From Felis catus (Eukaryota), in the NCBI RefSeq assembly GCF_018350175.1, contig NC_058368.1, forward strand, positions 87,422,001 through 87,486,000: a stretch of DNA of 64,000 nt. Direction: 5' to 3'. The notes under the pieces are model-generated. The model had not been told where the DNA came from and did no database searches. It worked only from the letters and a program-made list of their open reading frames with translations. Position 1 is the stretch's first letter. Each line of letters opens with the position of its first letter. Made by a program: the position numbers and the translations under genes. Positions 1 to 9,271 of this stretch are shown here, one piece after another.

Positions 1-203
1 CACAGGGCTGTCCAGCATCTTGGCTGAAGTCCTGCCGATGGCCAGGAGCTCATGTTCCCTCTCTTGCTGGTTCTTGTGTTCCTTGACAAGACGCAGCCTG
101 GTATAGCGTTTGTTGAGGTTCACGCTCTCACCCAGACGAGCATTCCTATCTTTGATACACTGGAATCTGCTCCTCACATGTTTTTTGTACTTCTTACAGT
201 AAT
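1..203 (-). CDS. NLRP3: NLRP3 coding exon 3 (FISNA / start of NACHT exon), truncated by window edge
   Basis: Acceptor tttctgttttgcctcAG at 204-205. Manual translation (D)[67 protein letters not shown] matches mammalian NLRP3. Phase 1 is compatible with the upstream exon. Confidence 0.97.
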
Positions 204-447
204 CTGAGGCAAAACAGAAAGGTAGACTTTGGGAGAAGCCCAAGCACATGAAAGCTCTCAACAAGGGTCTCTGGTCCATAGGGAGTGATGACCAGAGATT
301 AACAAATGGAAAGTGCAGGTTCTCTTCACTGCACAGGTACAGACGGTCCCAGAAAATCTAGGATGTCAAAATCTTCCTATACACAGCTGAGCAGAAGAAC
401 AGCAAAGTGCCACAGGCACTGTCACCTACCAGAAAATCCTTTTCTAC

Positions 448-503
448 AATGTTTATTTATTTATTTTTGAGAGAGAGAAAGAGAGAGAGTGCAGGGAAGG
501 GGC

Positions 504-546
<43 letters not shown>

Positions 547-659
547 AGCAGGCTCTTCACAGTCAGCTCAGAGCCTGCTGCAGGGCTGGAACTTATGAAC
601 CATGAGATCATGACCTAACCCAAAATCAACTTTACCAACTGAGCCACCCAGGTGCCCCC
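448..659 (-). mobile_element. CAN-SINE
   Basis: Reverse complement of GGGGCACCTGGGTGGCTCAG head, (CT)n tract and A-rich tail. Confidence 0.9.
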
Positions 660-926
660 AGAAAGTCATTTATTTTTCTTCTATCTTATTCCTTTAGGTC
701 GGCATCCCATACCTTTTAAAACCTGAAACACTCAATCACCTCCCCTTGGTGACTTCCCTTGGGACAAGGAGCCATGTGAACACTGATCTGTTTCTTCAGC
801 TCTAGTGGATTTCCTGAAATGGGCCTCTGTACCCCCAAGGAGCAGGAACATATAGGATGAACAAGCTTCCCAGCCTCCAAAGCAGGATTTCCAAACCCAA
901 TGGGAAGCACTATTCCCATTGCTTAC

Positions 927-1025
927 CCTTCTTTTTTTTACAAATAGAGATTCTGGATAGGTACCCGAATAAACCCATCCACTCTTCTTCAAGGCTTTCT
1001 TCCCGGTATACCACATGTGCATTAT
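927..1025 (-). CDS. NLRP3: NLRP3 coding exon 2 (PYD-NACHT linker, polybasic region), 99 nt
   Basis: Acceptor cttttgttttcAG at 1026-1027, donor G|GTAAGC at 926. Translates (D)[32 protein letters not shown]. Confidence 0.95.
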
Positions 1026-1356
1026 CTGAAAACAAAAGGAAAAAGAAATATAAATTTAAAAGCCAGGACTCCTGACTAAGGTGACATAATTCAGACCCAG
1101 TACCCAACAGCTGGCACAGCTCAAAGTCCCCTGTTCCAGATCTCCCCCAAACAAAAACAGAGCTCAGAGCTGCAAATGACAGGTGTGCAGCTGGACGTCC
1201 ACTTCGTGGCATTCATGCACTTTTAAATGTCTAAATATCCCCAAGATGACTATGGACCAGCAGGATTATCCTTCCCTGCCCCCGAATGTCTGAAATTAGT
1301 CATACCCACATTCTTAGTCTCCCAAAGTAAGAATTACCAATCTAGTTTGTCTAACT

Positions 1357-1694
1357 CAGTGGTTCACTATCCCAGCTGACTTGAGATTCACTTAGGAAGC
1401 TTTAAAAATATTGACTCTGAGGTGTACCTGGTAGCCTAAGTTGGCTGAGTGTCAGACTCTTCATTTTGACTCAGGTAATGATCTCATGGTTTAGAAGTTC
1501 CAGTCCCATGTCAGGTTCTGTGCTGACTCCTGGAAGCTGCTTAAGATTCTCTCTCTCCTGCTCTCTCTTCCCTGCCCCTGATTGCTCCCTCTCTCTATCT
1601 CAAAATAAATAAAAACATATTTTAAAATACTGATTCTTGGACTCCACCCGCAGTGATTATTTTTCAATTTATCTGAGGTAGGGTCCAGCACCAT
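1357..1694 (+). mobile_element. MER5B-like hAT-Charlie MITE, left part (right part ~3331-3385), interrupted by a SINE and an L1
   Basis: CAGTGGTTC...GGAAGCTTTAAAAATA...ACTCCACCC...GGGTCCAGCA, resuming as TTTTGAAAGCTCC...GTTGAGAATCA after the L1. Confidence 0.6.
1419..1628 (+). mobile_element. CAN-SINE
   Basis: tRNA-derived head, CT tract, AATAAA tail; TSD aaaata(t/c)tga(c/t)tct. Confidence 0.9.
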
Positions 1695-1727
1695 TGTGTA
1701 TAATAATAGATAAATATAAAATAAAAG

Positions 1728-1770
<43 letters not shown>

Positions 1771-1780
1771 TGTATATATA

Positions 1781-2009
1781 TTTTTTTTAATATAATTTAT
1801 TGTCAGTGGGGCACCTGGGTGGCTCAGTCGGTTAAACTTCCAACTTCGGCTCAGGTCATGATCTCACAATTCATGGGTTCAAGCCCTGTGCCAGGCTCTG
1901 TGCTGACAGCTCAGAGCCTGGAGCCTGCTTCAAATTCTGTGACTCCTTCTCTCTCTGTCCCTCCCCTGCTCATGTGCTCTCTCGCTCTCTCTCAAAACTA
2001 AATAAACAG

Positions 2010-2060
<51 letters not shown>

Positions 2061-3330
2061 GTCAAGTTAGCTAACATTCATTGTATATAGTGTATAGTGT
2101 GCTCCTGGTTTGGGGGTTAGATTCCCATGATTCATCACTTACACACAACACCCAGTGCTCATCCCAACAAATGCCCTCCTCAGTGTCCATCACCCATTTT
2201 CCCCTCTCCCCCATCCACCCCCATCAACTTTCAGTTTGTTCTCTGTATTTAAGAGTCTCTTATGTGTTTTCCCCCTCTCTGTTTGAAACTAATTTTTCCC
2301 TTTCCCTTCCCCCATGGTCTTGTGTTAAGTTTTTCAAGATCCACATATGAGTGAAAACATATGTTATCTGTCTTTCTCTGACTTATTTCACTCAAGATAA
2401 TACCCTCCAGTTCCATCTATGTTTTCATAAATAGCAGGATTTCATTCTTTCTCATTGTCAAGTAGTATTTCATTGTATATATAAACCACATCTTCTTTAT
2501 CCATTCATCAGTTGATGGACATTTGGGGTTCTCCCATAATTTGGCTATTGTTGAAAGTGCTTCTATAAACATTGGGGTATATGCACCACTTTGAATCATC
2601 ACTCCTGTATCCTTTGGATAAATTCCTAGTAGTGCTATTGCTAGGTTATAGGGTAGTTCTAGTTTTAATTTTTTGAGGAACCTCCACACTGTTTTCCAGA
2701 TCAGCTGCACCAGTTTGCATTTCCCCACCAACAGTGAAAGAAGGTCCCCATTTCTCCACATCCTCACCAGCATCTGTTGTTGTCTAAGTTGTTAATTTTA
2801 GCCACTGTGACAAGTGTGGGGTGATATCTCAGTGTAATTTTTATTTGTATTTCCCTGATGATGAGTGATGAGCGTCTTTTCATGTGTTTGTTAGCCATCT
2901 GGATGTCTTCTTCAGAAAAGTGTCTACTCAAGTCTTATGCCCATTTTTTCACTGGATCATTTGTTTTTTGGGTGTTGAGTTTGGTAAGTTCTTTATATAG
3001 TTTGGATAAAAACTCTTTATCTGATATGTTATTTGCAAATATCTTCTCCTATTCTGTCAATTGCCTTTTAGTTTTCTTGATTGTTTCCTTTGCAGTGCAG
3101 AAGCTTTTTATCTTGATGAAGTCCCAATAGCTCATTTTTGTTTTTAATTCCCTTGCTTTTGGAGATGTGTTGAGCAAGAAATTGCTGTGGCTGAGGTCAA
3201 AGAGGTTGTTGCCTGATTTCTCCTCTAGGGTTTTGATGCTTTCCTGTCTCACACTTAGGTCTTTCATTTATTTTGAGTTTATTTTTGTGAATGGTGTAAG
3301 AAAATGGTCCAGTTTCATTCTTCTGTTTGT
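1781..3330 (-). mobile_element. 5'-truncated carnivore L1 (ORF2 C-terminus + 3'UTR)
   Basis: Minus-strand ORF fragments match the L1 ORF2 C-terminus ([29 protein letters not shown]); T-tract at the left end. Confidence 0.92.
1808..2010 (+). mobile_element. CAN-SINE inserted in the L1 3' end, followed by (AT)n
   Basis: Full SINE head/CT/tail; TSD ataatttattgtca. Confidence 0.92.
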
Positions 3331-3537
3331 AGCACCCAATATATTTTGAAAGCTCCAACATGCATCTACAGTTGAGAATCATAGATCTAAACAGTCACTA
3401 AATTACACATCCCAAAGAAGCATTTCACCAGAGAAATTAAAGTACAATAGAACAAGTACTAAGCAACCAGGGGAAATATTTGAGAGATAATTTTAGATGA
3501 GCAGGAACCCAAGAGCAACATAAAAGATTCCTGGTAA

Positions 3538-3750
3538 AGGGGCATCTGGGTGGCTCAGCTGGTTTACTGTCCAACTTCAGCTCAGGTCATAATCTCACGG
3601 TTCGTGAATTCAAGCCTCACGTTGGTGTCTGTGCTGACAGCTCAGAGCCTATAGCCTGCTTCCGATTCTGTGTCTCCCTGTCTCTCTGCCCCTCCCATGC
3701 TGCACTCTGTCTCTCTCAAAAATAAATAACCATTAAAAAAATTTTTTTAA
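3538..3750 (+). mobile_element. CAN-SINE
   Basis: Head, CT tract, tail; TSD aaagattc. Confidence 0.9.
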
Positions 3751-4320
3751 AGATTCTACGTAAGTGTCTACTTATTCTGAATGCAAATGTTATTGATAAC
3801 TCGGTCACAAAACAAAATCTAAACATTAACTCAAACCAAAACCATGACTTAATTCTTAATCTAAAACCTAACCCTACAATCTTCTCCCCCTCAACAACAA
3901 CAAAAACAAAAACAGACTTCTAACCCTAGTTATAATTCTTCCATCTCAGAGCCCAGTTACAGAAGCCAAGATAGCATAGTAGTTAAGAGCCAGGATCCAG
4001 CCCAAGGCACACCTGGCACTGAATCCAGGTCTTGGATCTGACTGAAACAGAGTCTCAGGCAACCAGAATCTCTTTCAGACTCACTTCAAGTTGTTGGCCA
4101 ACCTCCAGAATGATCTTCTATTTGCAAAACTGAAACTCTAACCATTAAACAATTCCCCATTCCCCACTGCCTGCAGCTCCTAGCAACCACTTTCTGTCTC
4201 TATAAATTTAACCACTGTAGTAGCTCTTATAAATGGAATCATACTGTGTTTGTCTTTTTGTGTCTGGAGTGTCTTATTTAGTAATGAAACTGAAAGTTCA
4301 TTTGAAAGTGCCAGCCTCAT

Positions 4321-4428
4321 GGCGCCTGGCTGGCTCAGTTGGTAGAGCATGCAACTCTTGATCTAGGGGTTGTGAGTTCAAGACCTATGTTGGGTGTAGA
4401 GCCTACAAATAAAATTTAAAAAAAAAAA
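4321..4428 (+). mobile_element. Short CAN-SINE lacking the CT tract (older tRNA-like type)
   Basis: GGCGCCTGGCTGGCTCAGTTGGTAGAGCATG...GTTCAAG; TSD tgccagcctcatgg. Confidence 0.85.
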
Positions 4429-4944
4429 TGCCAGCCTCATGGAGTTCTTACAAGGAATTACCAAAATCCATAAAAACTGCTTAAGTGAACCACTTCTGCC
4501 ACTATGATTATTACACCTTAATTTGGTTAATTAGTATATAAGTAAGGACACAATTTTAATTATATTATTATATGCATTTTTATAACATCCTGCTGCTGTG
4601 CATCCACCTCATGCCCACATTATCATGTTTCTGTCCCTCATTATGTCCATATCACTGACCCATTCGCCATACTTCTCCTGATCTGCTGATTCATTTTTAT
4701 TCCTCCTTTCTACTGGCTCAACATAATCATTCTGTGATCTTCTAGGTTCCTTTGAGCCCTTTCTTGTACCCTTCCCTTGTTCAAAACATCAAGCCAGAAA
4801 GGAAAACTCTACCCCCAACATGTCCACAGTTCCTAGGGGATAGATGAGCCATGAGTTGGATTTTTAAAGGAGCTAGAAGGAAACCAAACTGCTTTCCTCC
4901 AATGTCTCATGGCAGTATCATGAGAGGAAGAAAGAGGATAAAGC

Positions 4945-5965
4945 CAAGATGATAAATGGAATTATTAAAAAACAAAGGTTAACTTTATTGCCTCAAAAGA
5001 TACCATCAACAGAGTGAAAAGGCAATCCATGGAATGGAAGAAAATATTTGCAAATCATATATTTGATAAATAGTTAATATCCAGGACATAAAAAGAGTCC
5101 TCACAAGTCAACAACAGCAACACCAAATACCCCAATTAAAATATGGGAAAAGGGAGTTGAATAGACATTTCTCCAAAGATAAACAAATGGCTAAAAACCA
5201 CATGAAAAGTCATTCGGTATCAGTAGCCAATCAGGAAATGCAACTCAAAACTGCAATAAGATATCATCTCACAGCCATTAGAATAGCTACTATCAAAACA
5301 AAAATAAAATAAGTGTTGGGGATGAGGAAAAATTAGAACCCTTGTACACTGTTGATGTGAGTGCAAAATGGTGCAGCCACTGTGGAAAACATTATGGGAG
5401 TTCCTCAAAGAATTGGACCTAGAATTACCATATCATCCAATAATTCCACTTCTGAACATACACCCAAAGGAACTGAAAGCAGGGTCTCAAAGAAACTTGT
5501 ACCCACATGTTCCTACCAGCATTAGTCACAAGAATCAAAAGCTAGAAGAAATCTGAATGTCCACTGATGGATGAATAGGTGAACAAGATGTGGTATACAT
5601 ATACCAGGGGATATTATTACACCTTAAAAAGGAATGAAATCATGTCATGTGTGACAACATGGATGAAGCTCAAGGACTTTATCTTAAATAAAATAAGCCA
5701 CATACAAACAAATAGTTTATGATTCAATTTATAAGAGGTACCAAGAGTAGTCAGATTCATAGAGACAGAAAGTGGTGGCCCAAGAGGCTGAGGGGAAGGG
5801 AATGGAGAATTGTTATTTAATGGGTACAGAGTTTTGTAAGATGAAAAAAAGTTCTGGAGATTGATTGCACAACATGACTCTGCTTAACACTACTAAACCA
5901 TATGTTTAGAAATGGTAAGAGGGTAAATTTTATGTTATGTGTATTTTATCACAAGTTTTAAAAAT
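4945..5965 (+). mobile_element. Old L1 (L1MA/MB-type) 3' portion
   Basis: ORF2 C-terminal remnants ([21 protein letters not shown]) and a typical L1MB 3' terminus AATTTTATGTTATGTGTATTTTATCACAA. Confidence 0.85.
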
Positions 5966-5985
5966 GTTGTCTTCCTTCCACTCAC

Positions 5986-6268
5986 CCCACTGTGGCTCAT
6001 CCCTCTTAGCTTTTTCATAAAGGTCTCTCCTGTTGATTGCAGCAAAAATCCACACTGCCATGGCCCATGCCTTCTCCTCACCATTGAAGTCAATCATCAA
6101 AGTAGCTAGATCCATGTGGTCTGCCTTCTCTGTCTGACTCCGAGGGAGTGGGCTGAACCCCTTTTGAGAAGGGTAGTCTTCTAAGTGCATCTTGAATTTC
6201 TTAAAGTCTGTGTCCCCCAAATCCTCCAGGTAACGGGCCAACTTGCAGCGGACACTTGCCATGTTCAT
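5986..6268 (-). CDS. NLRP3: NLRP3 coding exon 1 (pyrin domain)
   Basis: [37 protein letters not shown]...[15 protein letters not shown] is the NLRP3 PYD. Donor G|GTGAGT at 5985. Met3 (6262, aacATGG) has the stronger Kozak context. Confidence 0.98.
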
Positions 6269-6314
6269 CCGTGGCTCTGGTCAGGGTCTTTGGGCATAGG
6301 TCCACACTGGGAAG
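6269..6314 (-). other. NLRP3: NLRP3 5'UTR part of the PYD exon
   Basis: Polypyrimidine tract and acceptor cctgtctgtttccactgttccAG at 6315-6316; an alternative AG lies at 6307-6308. Confidence 0.6.
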
Positions 6315-6461
6315 CTGGAACAGTGGAAACAGACAGGTAAGGAGAGTCATTTTTTAATTCTGCCCTCTTTAGAGAGAATTAAACTATGAAAAATCCAGAA
6401 TACAAAACAAAAACTATAACCCAACTGTGAGTTGCCATCTTTAATTTTAAGAAGTGAACCA

Positions 6462-6674
6462 GGGGCACCTAGGTGGCTCAGTCAGTTAAGCGCCCGATTT
6501 TGGATTTCAGCTCAGGTCATGATCTAGGGGTCATGGGACTGAGCCCCACATCGGGCTCCATGCTGAGCCTGGAGCCTGCTTGGGTTTCTCTCTCTCCCTG
6601 TCTCTGCCCCTCCCCTGCTCATTCGCATTCTCTTTCTCTCTCAAAATAAATAAATAAACATCAAAAAGAAAAAA
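6462..6674 (+). mobile_element. CAN-SINE in an NLRP3 5'UTR intron (antisense to gene)
   Basis: Full SINE; TSD aagtgaacca at 6452-6461 and 6675-6684. Confidence 0.93.
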
Positions 6675-6693
6675 AAGTGAACCAAATACCTAC

Positions 6694-6755
6694 CAGAATG
6701 TTCTCCTGTTAGCTTGACTCAGGAGTGTGTCCTGAGCCATGGAAGAAAGGTGTCC
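6694..6755 (-). other. NLRP3: NLRP3 non-coding 5'UTR exon (62 nt); alternative upstream acceptor would extend it to 6936
   Basis: Acceptor tgtttctgtccacAG, donor TG|GTAGGT. Sequence GGACACCTTTCTTCCATGGCTCAGGACACACTCCTG closely resembles the human NLRP3 5'UTR as I recall it. Confidence 0.75.
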
Positions 6756-6919
6756 CTGTGGACAGAAACAGTAAGTAAACCCACAAACACAACTGCATTA
6801 ACAGCCTTATATATGCGCAAACCAACTGCTCTGTGATGTCACTTCCAAATGTCACCGAGAGAATTTTGTTCTCACCAATTACTGGGCTATGGCCTATGAT
6901 AAACTCTTCATTACTCCTC

Positions 6920-6998
6920 ACCTTCACTTTCCTCATCTATAAAATGACAGAGTGGAAAATATGGCTCTTAAGTTCCTTCTAATTGAAAGGCTCTGGTT
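6920..6998 (+). mobile_element. MIR/MIR3 core fragment
   Basis: TTTCCTCATCTATAAAATG...CTCTTAAGTTCCTTCT resembles the MIR core and MIR3 3' end. Confidence 0.6.
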
Positions 6999-7239
6999 CC
7001 CCGTTTTTGCTTTGACCCAGGAAATGAGTAACTATGATGGTAACAGAGCAGCACATGGCTGGACAGAGAAAGAACACAGAAGCAGGCAGAGAAGGGGATG
7101 GTCTTCTAGTGCACGTCTATTGATCCACTGATTGATAGAAACAAATGAAATGAAACTTAGGTACCGCAGGGGTGGGGTGGGTGGAATAAACACATAACAT
7201 CTCTTTAAGGTCTCCTTGCAAAATTCACAATTATAATTG

Positions 7240-7515
7240 TTAGAACTGACATTTACTGAGAGTCTCTTGTAGGCTAAGGCCCTGCACTAATCCTTTTTCT
7301 TATCTAACTCTCACAAAGCTGTATGACATGAGTATATTTCTAAGCCCGTTTTGTGGAAGAGGAACTTAGTCTTTTTTTTTTTTTTTTTTTTTTTAGGAAC
7401 TCAGTCTTAGAAACTAGGGGGTTTGTCCAAGGTTTCACAGAAAGAAAAGAAAAATGGTTCAAAGCCAGGATTTAGATCAGGGTCACTGATTTCTCACATC
7501 CCTAACACTGCACTG
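7240..7515 (-). mobile_element. MIR element containing a poly(T) insertion
   Basis: ACATTTACTGAG...TTTGTGGAAGAGGAAC...CCAAGGTTTCACAG...GCCAGGATTTAGA pattern of reverse-strand MIR. Confidence 0.6.
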
Positions 7516-8488
7516 TTCACAGAGTGGAAAGGTGTGTAACTATCTCTTCCATCACTTAACTAGGTTTGTCAGTCAGATCCAAAACAAAAAAGATCAAAGA
7601 CTGTAAAATAGATGGTTAAAAAGCAAAAAACATTTTCCCAGCATTTGCCACACACAGCCGTGTATTACAGAGCTCACTGAGCTCAGTTTCCCTACGTAAA
7701 TTTAGGGTTCCACAAAGAGCAGAGGTCAGCTGCTACAACTTTTTCTCTTCCACCTTTCCCAGATTTTGGATAGATGAACGCACTCATTGTGTTTGGGATT
7801 GGTCCCTTCACAACGAATTTGGAAAAGCACAGCGTCAACCTAAAGGCATAAATGATGCTGATGGGAGGGAGAGAGCCTGTGGAGCTATGGAACACTTTAA
7901 ATTAGAATTTAGAATGACCACAGATTAGTGTGCAAGACAGAGACAAGCTCACCTCTCTCTGTATCTCACTCCTGGCTCCACGCACCTGCCAAGCCTATTC
8001 TTTATGCATTTGAGGGGGTGGTGGGCCGCCTCCAGATGGATCCATCCCTTGTCCCCCTTCACCAATCTTCTCATCCACACCCAGACTGTCTGTACCTGTC
8101 CTCGGTGCCCCCCTTTCCCTAACCCTAGTGCACCCTATCCCAACCTTTATCTCCTATGTCCCTGCTGTCTAGGATGTTCATTTCCTCATACACATCCTCT
8201 CCATCCAGCCTCTGGGGGACTGCTCGGCAAATCCCCCAGAGTCGTGGGTCTAAGCTGTGTCTGCTGTCCTGGCCCTCACCCCTGCCCCTAGGCACACACT
8301 TGCACAAACACATAAAGCCCAATAATGAGAAACATCAGAGTACATTCCAAATCCTCGTTGAAGGACAAACTTTCAAGCTGGCCTAAGAATCCCTAGTGCA
8401 TTAACCAAGAGAAATCTGGCCCTTGACATCCCCTCCCCATTTCTCCCCAGTCCCTTGCATCCACACAGTGTCACAGAGCTGGACTCAC

Positions 8489-8509
8489 CCAGATGCAGGC
8501 CTCAGAAAC
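8489..8509 (-). other. NLRP3: NLRP3 first exon (~21 nt, non-coding)
   Basis: GTTTCTGAGGCCTGCATCTGG|GTGAGT, ~29 nt downstream of TATAAA. Resembles the recalled human first exon GTTCCTGAGGCTGGCATCTGG. Confidence 0.75.
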
Positions 8510-8760
8510 AGCCCAAGAGGAAACTTGATGAATTTATAGTGGCCACAGCCCAGCATGGGCAGGAAGGATGTGGCCTAGCATGGAGTGAACAAGCTTGCAT
8601 CACAGACAAAGTTAGAGACTAATGTTTACTCATATTGCTGGATTTTCCAAACCAAACGAGTGGTGTTCTTATCTCTGGTTGCTGCCAGAGATGTCTGCAC
8701 TCTTCTGAGTGTCCCACTGGGGAGGGGAGTTGGGGGAAACTAAGCTGGTGCTCAGTGGAT
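8510..8760 (-). promoter_or_regulatory. NLRP3: NLRP3 core/proximal promoter
   Basis: TATAAA at 8538-8533 (minus strand), ETS/PU.1-like AGAGGAAACT at 8516-8525, kB-like GGATTTTCC at 8640-8648. Repeat-free stretch upstream of exon 1. Confidence 0.65.
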
Positions 8761-8996
8761 GTTCCCTCTGGCTCTCACAGCTGCTGTTTGAGTGTTGTGA
8801 TGACAAATAGGAGGGTAGAATGGAGGATCCACCAGAGCTGGCAAGTGGAGAATCAGGAGCAGGACTGGCCCATCACACTATAGATCCTTGCTCTCTCAAG
8901 CCACCACATGGAGGCAGTCGGCAGGCAGCGTAGGGTCTGCTCATCACCAGCTGGTCTGTTTTAACCACTTTCTTGAAGTAAGAATACACCTGTGAA

Positions 8997-9259
8997 GGGG
9001 CGCCTGGGTGCCTCAGTCGGTTGAGTGTCCGACTTCAGCTCAGTTCATGATCTCATGGTTCTGAGTTCGAGCCCTGCATTGGGCTCTCTGCTGTCAGAAC
9101 AGAGCCCACTTCAGATCCTCTGTCCTTCTTTCTCTGCCCCTCTTCCACTCATTCTCTCTCTCTCCCTCAAAAATAAACATTAAAAAAAGGACTGAAACCA
9201 ATGTTGCCCTGTATATTAACTAACTAGAACTTGAATAAAAATTTTAAAAGAAAAAAAAA
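8997..9259 (+). mobile_element. CAN-SINE fused to a ~70-bp L1 3' terminus
   Basis: SINE 8997-9188, then CTGAAACCAATGTTGCCCTGTATATTAACTAACTAGAA...AATAAAAA plus A tail, all inside one TSD acacctgtgaa. Confidence 0.8.
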
Positions 9260-9271
9260 CACACCTGTGAA

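Noticed and set aside
910..1212. Standalone 100-aa ORF
   Set aside because: Only 927-1025 is coding (NLRP3 exon); the rest is intron read in frame.
4321..4400. tRNA gene (also 25699-25770 and 36113-36200)
   Set aside because: tRNA-like A/B boxes belong to short CAN-SINEs with A-rich tails; there is no intact cloverleaf.
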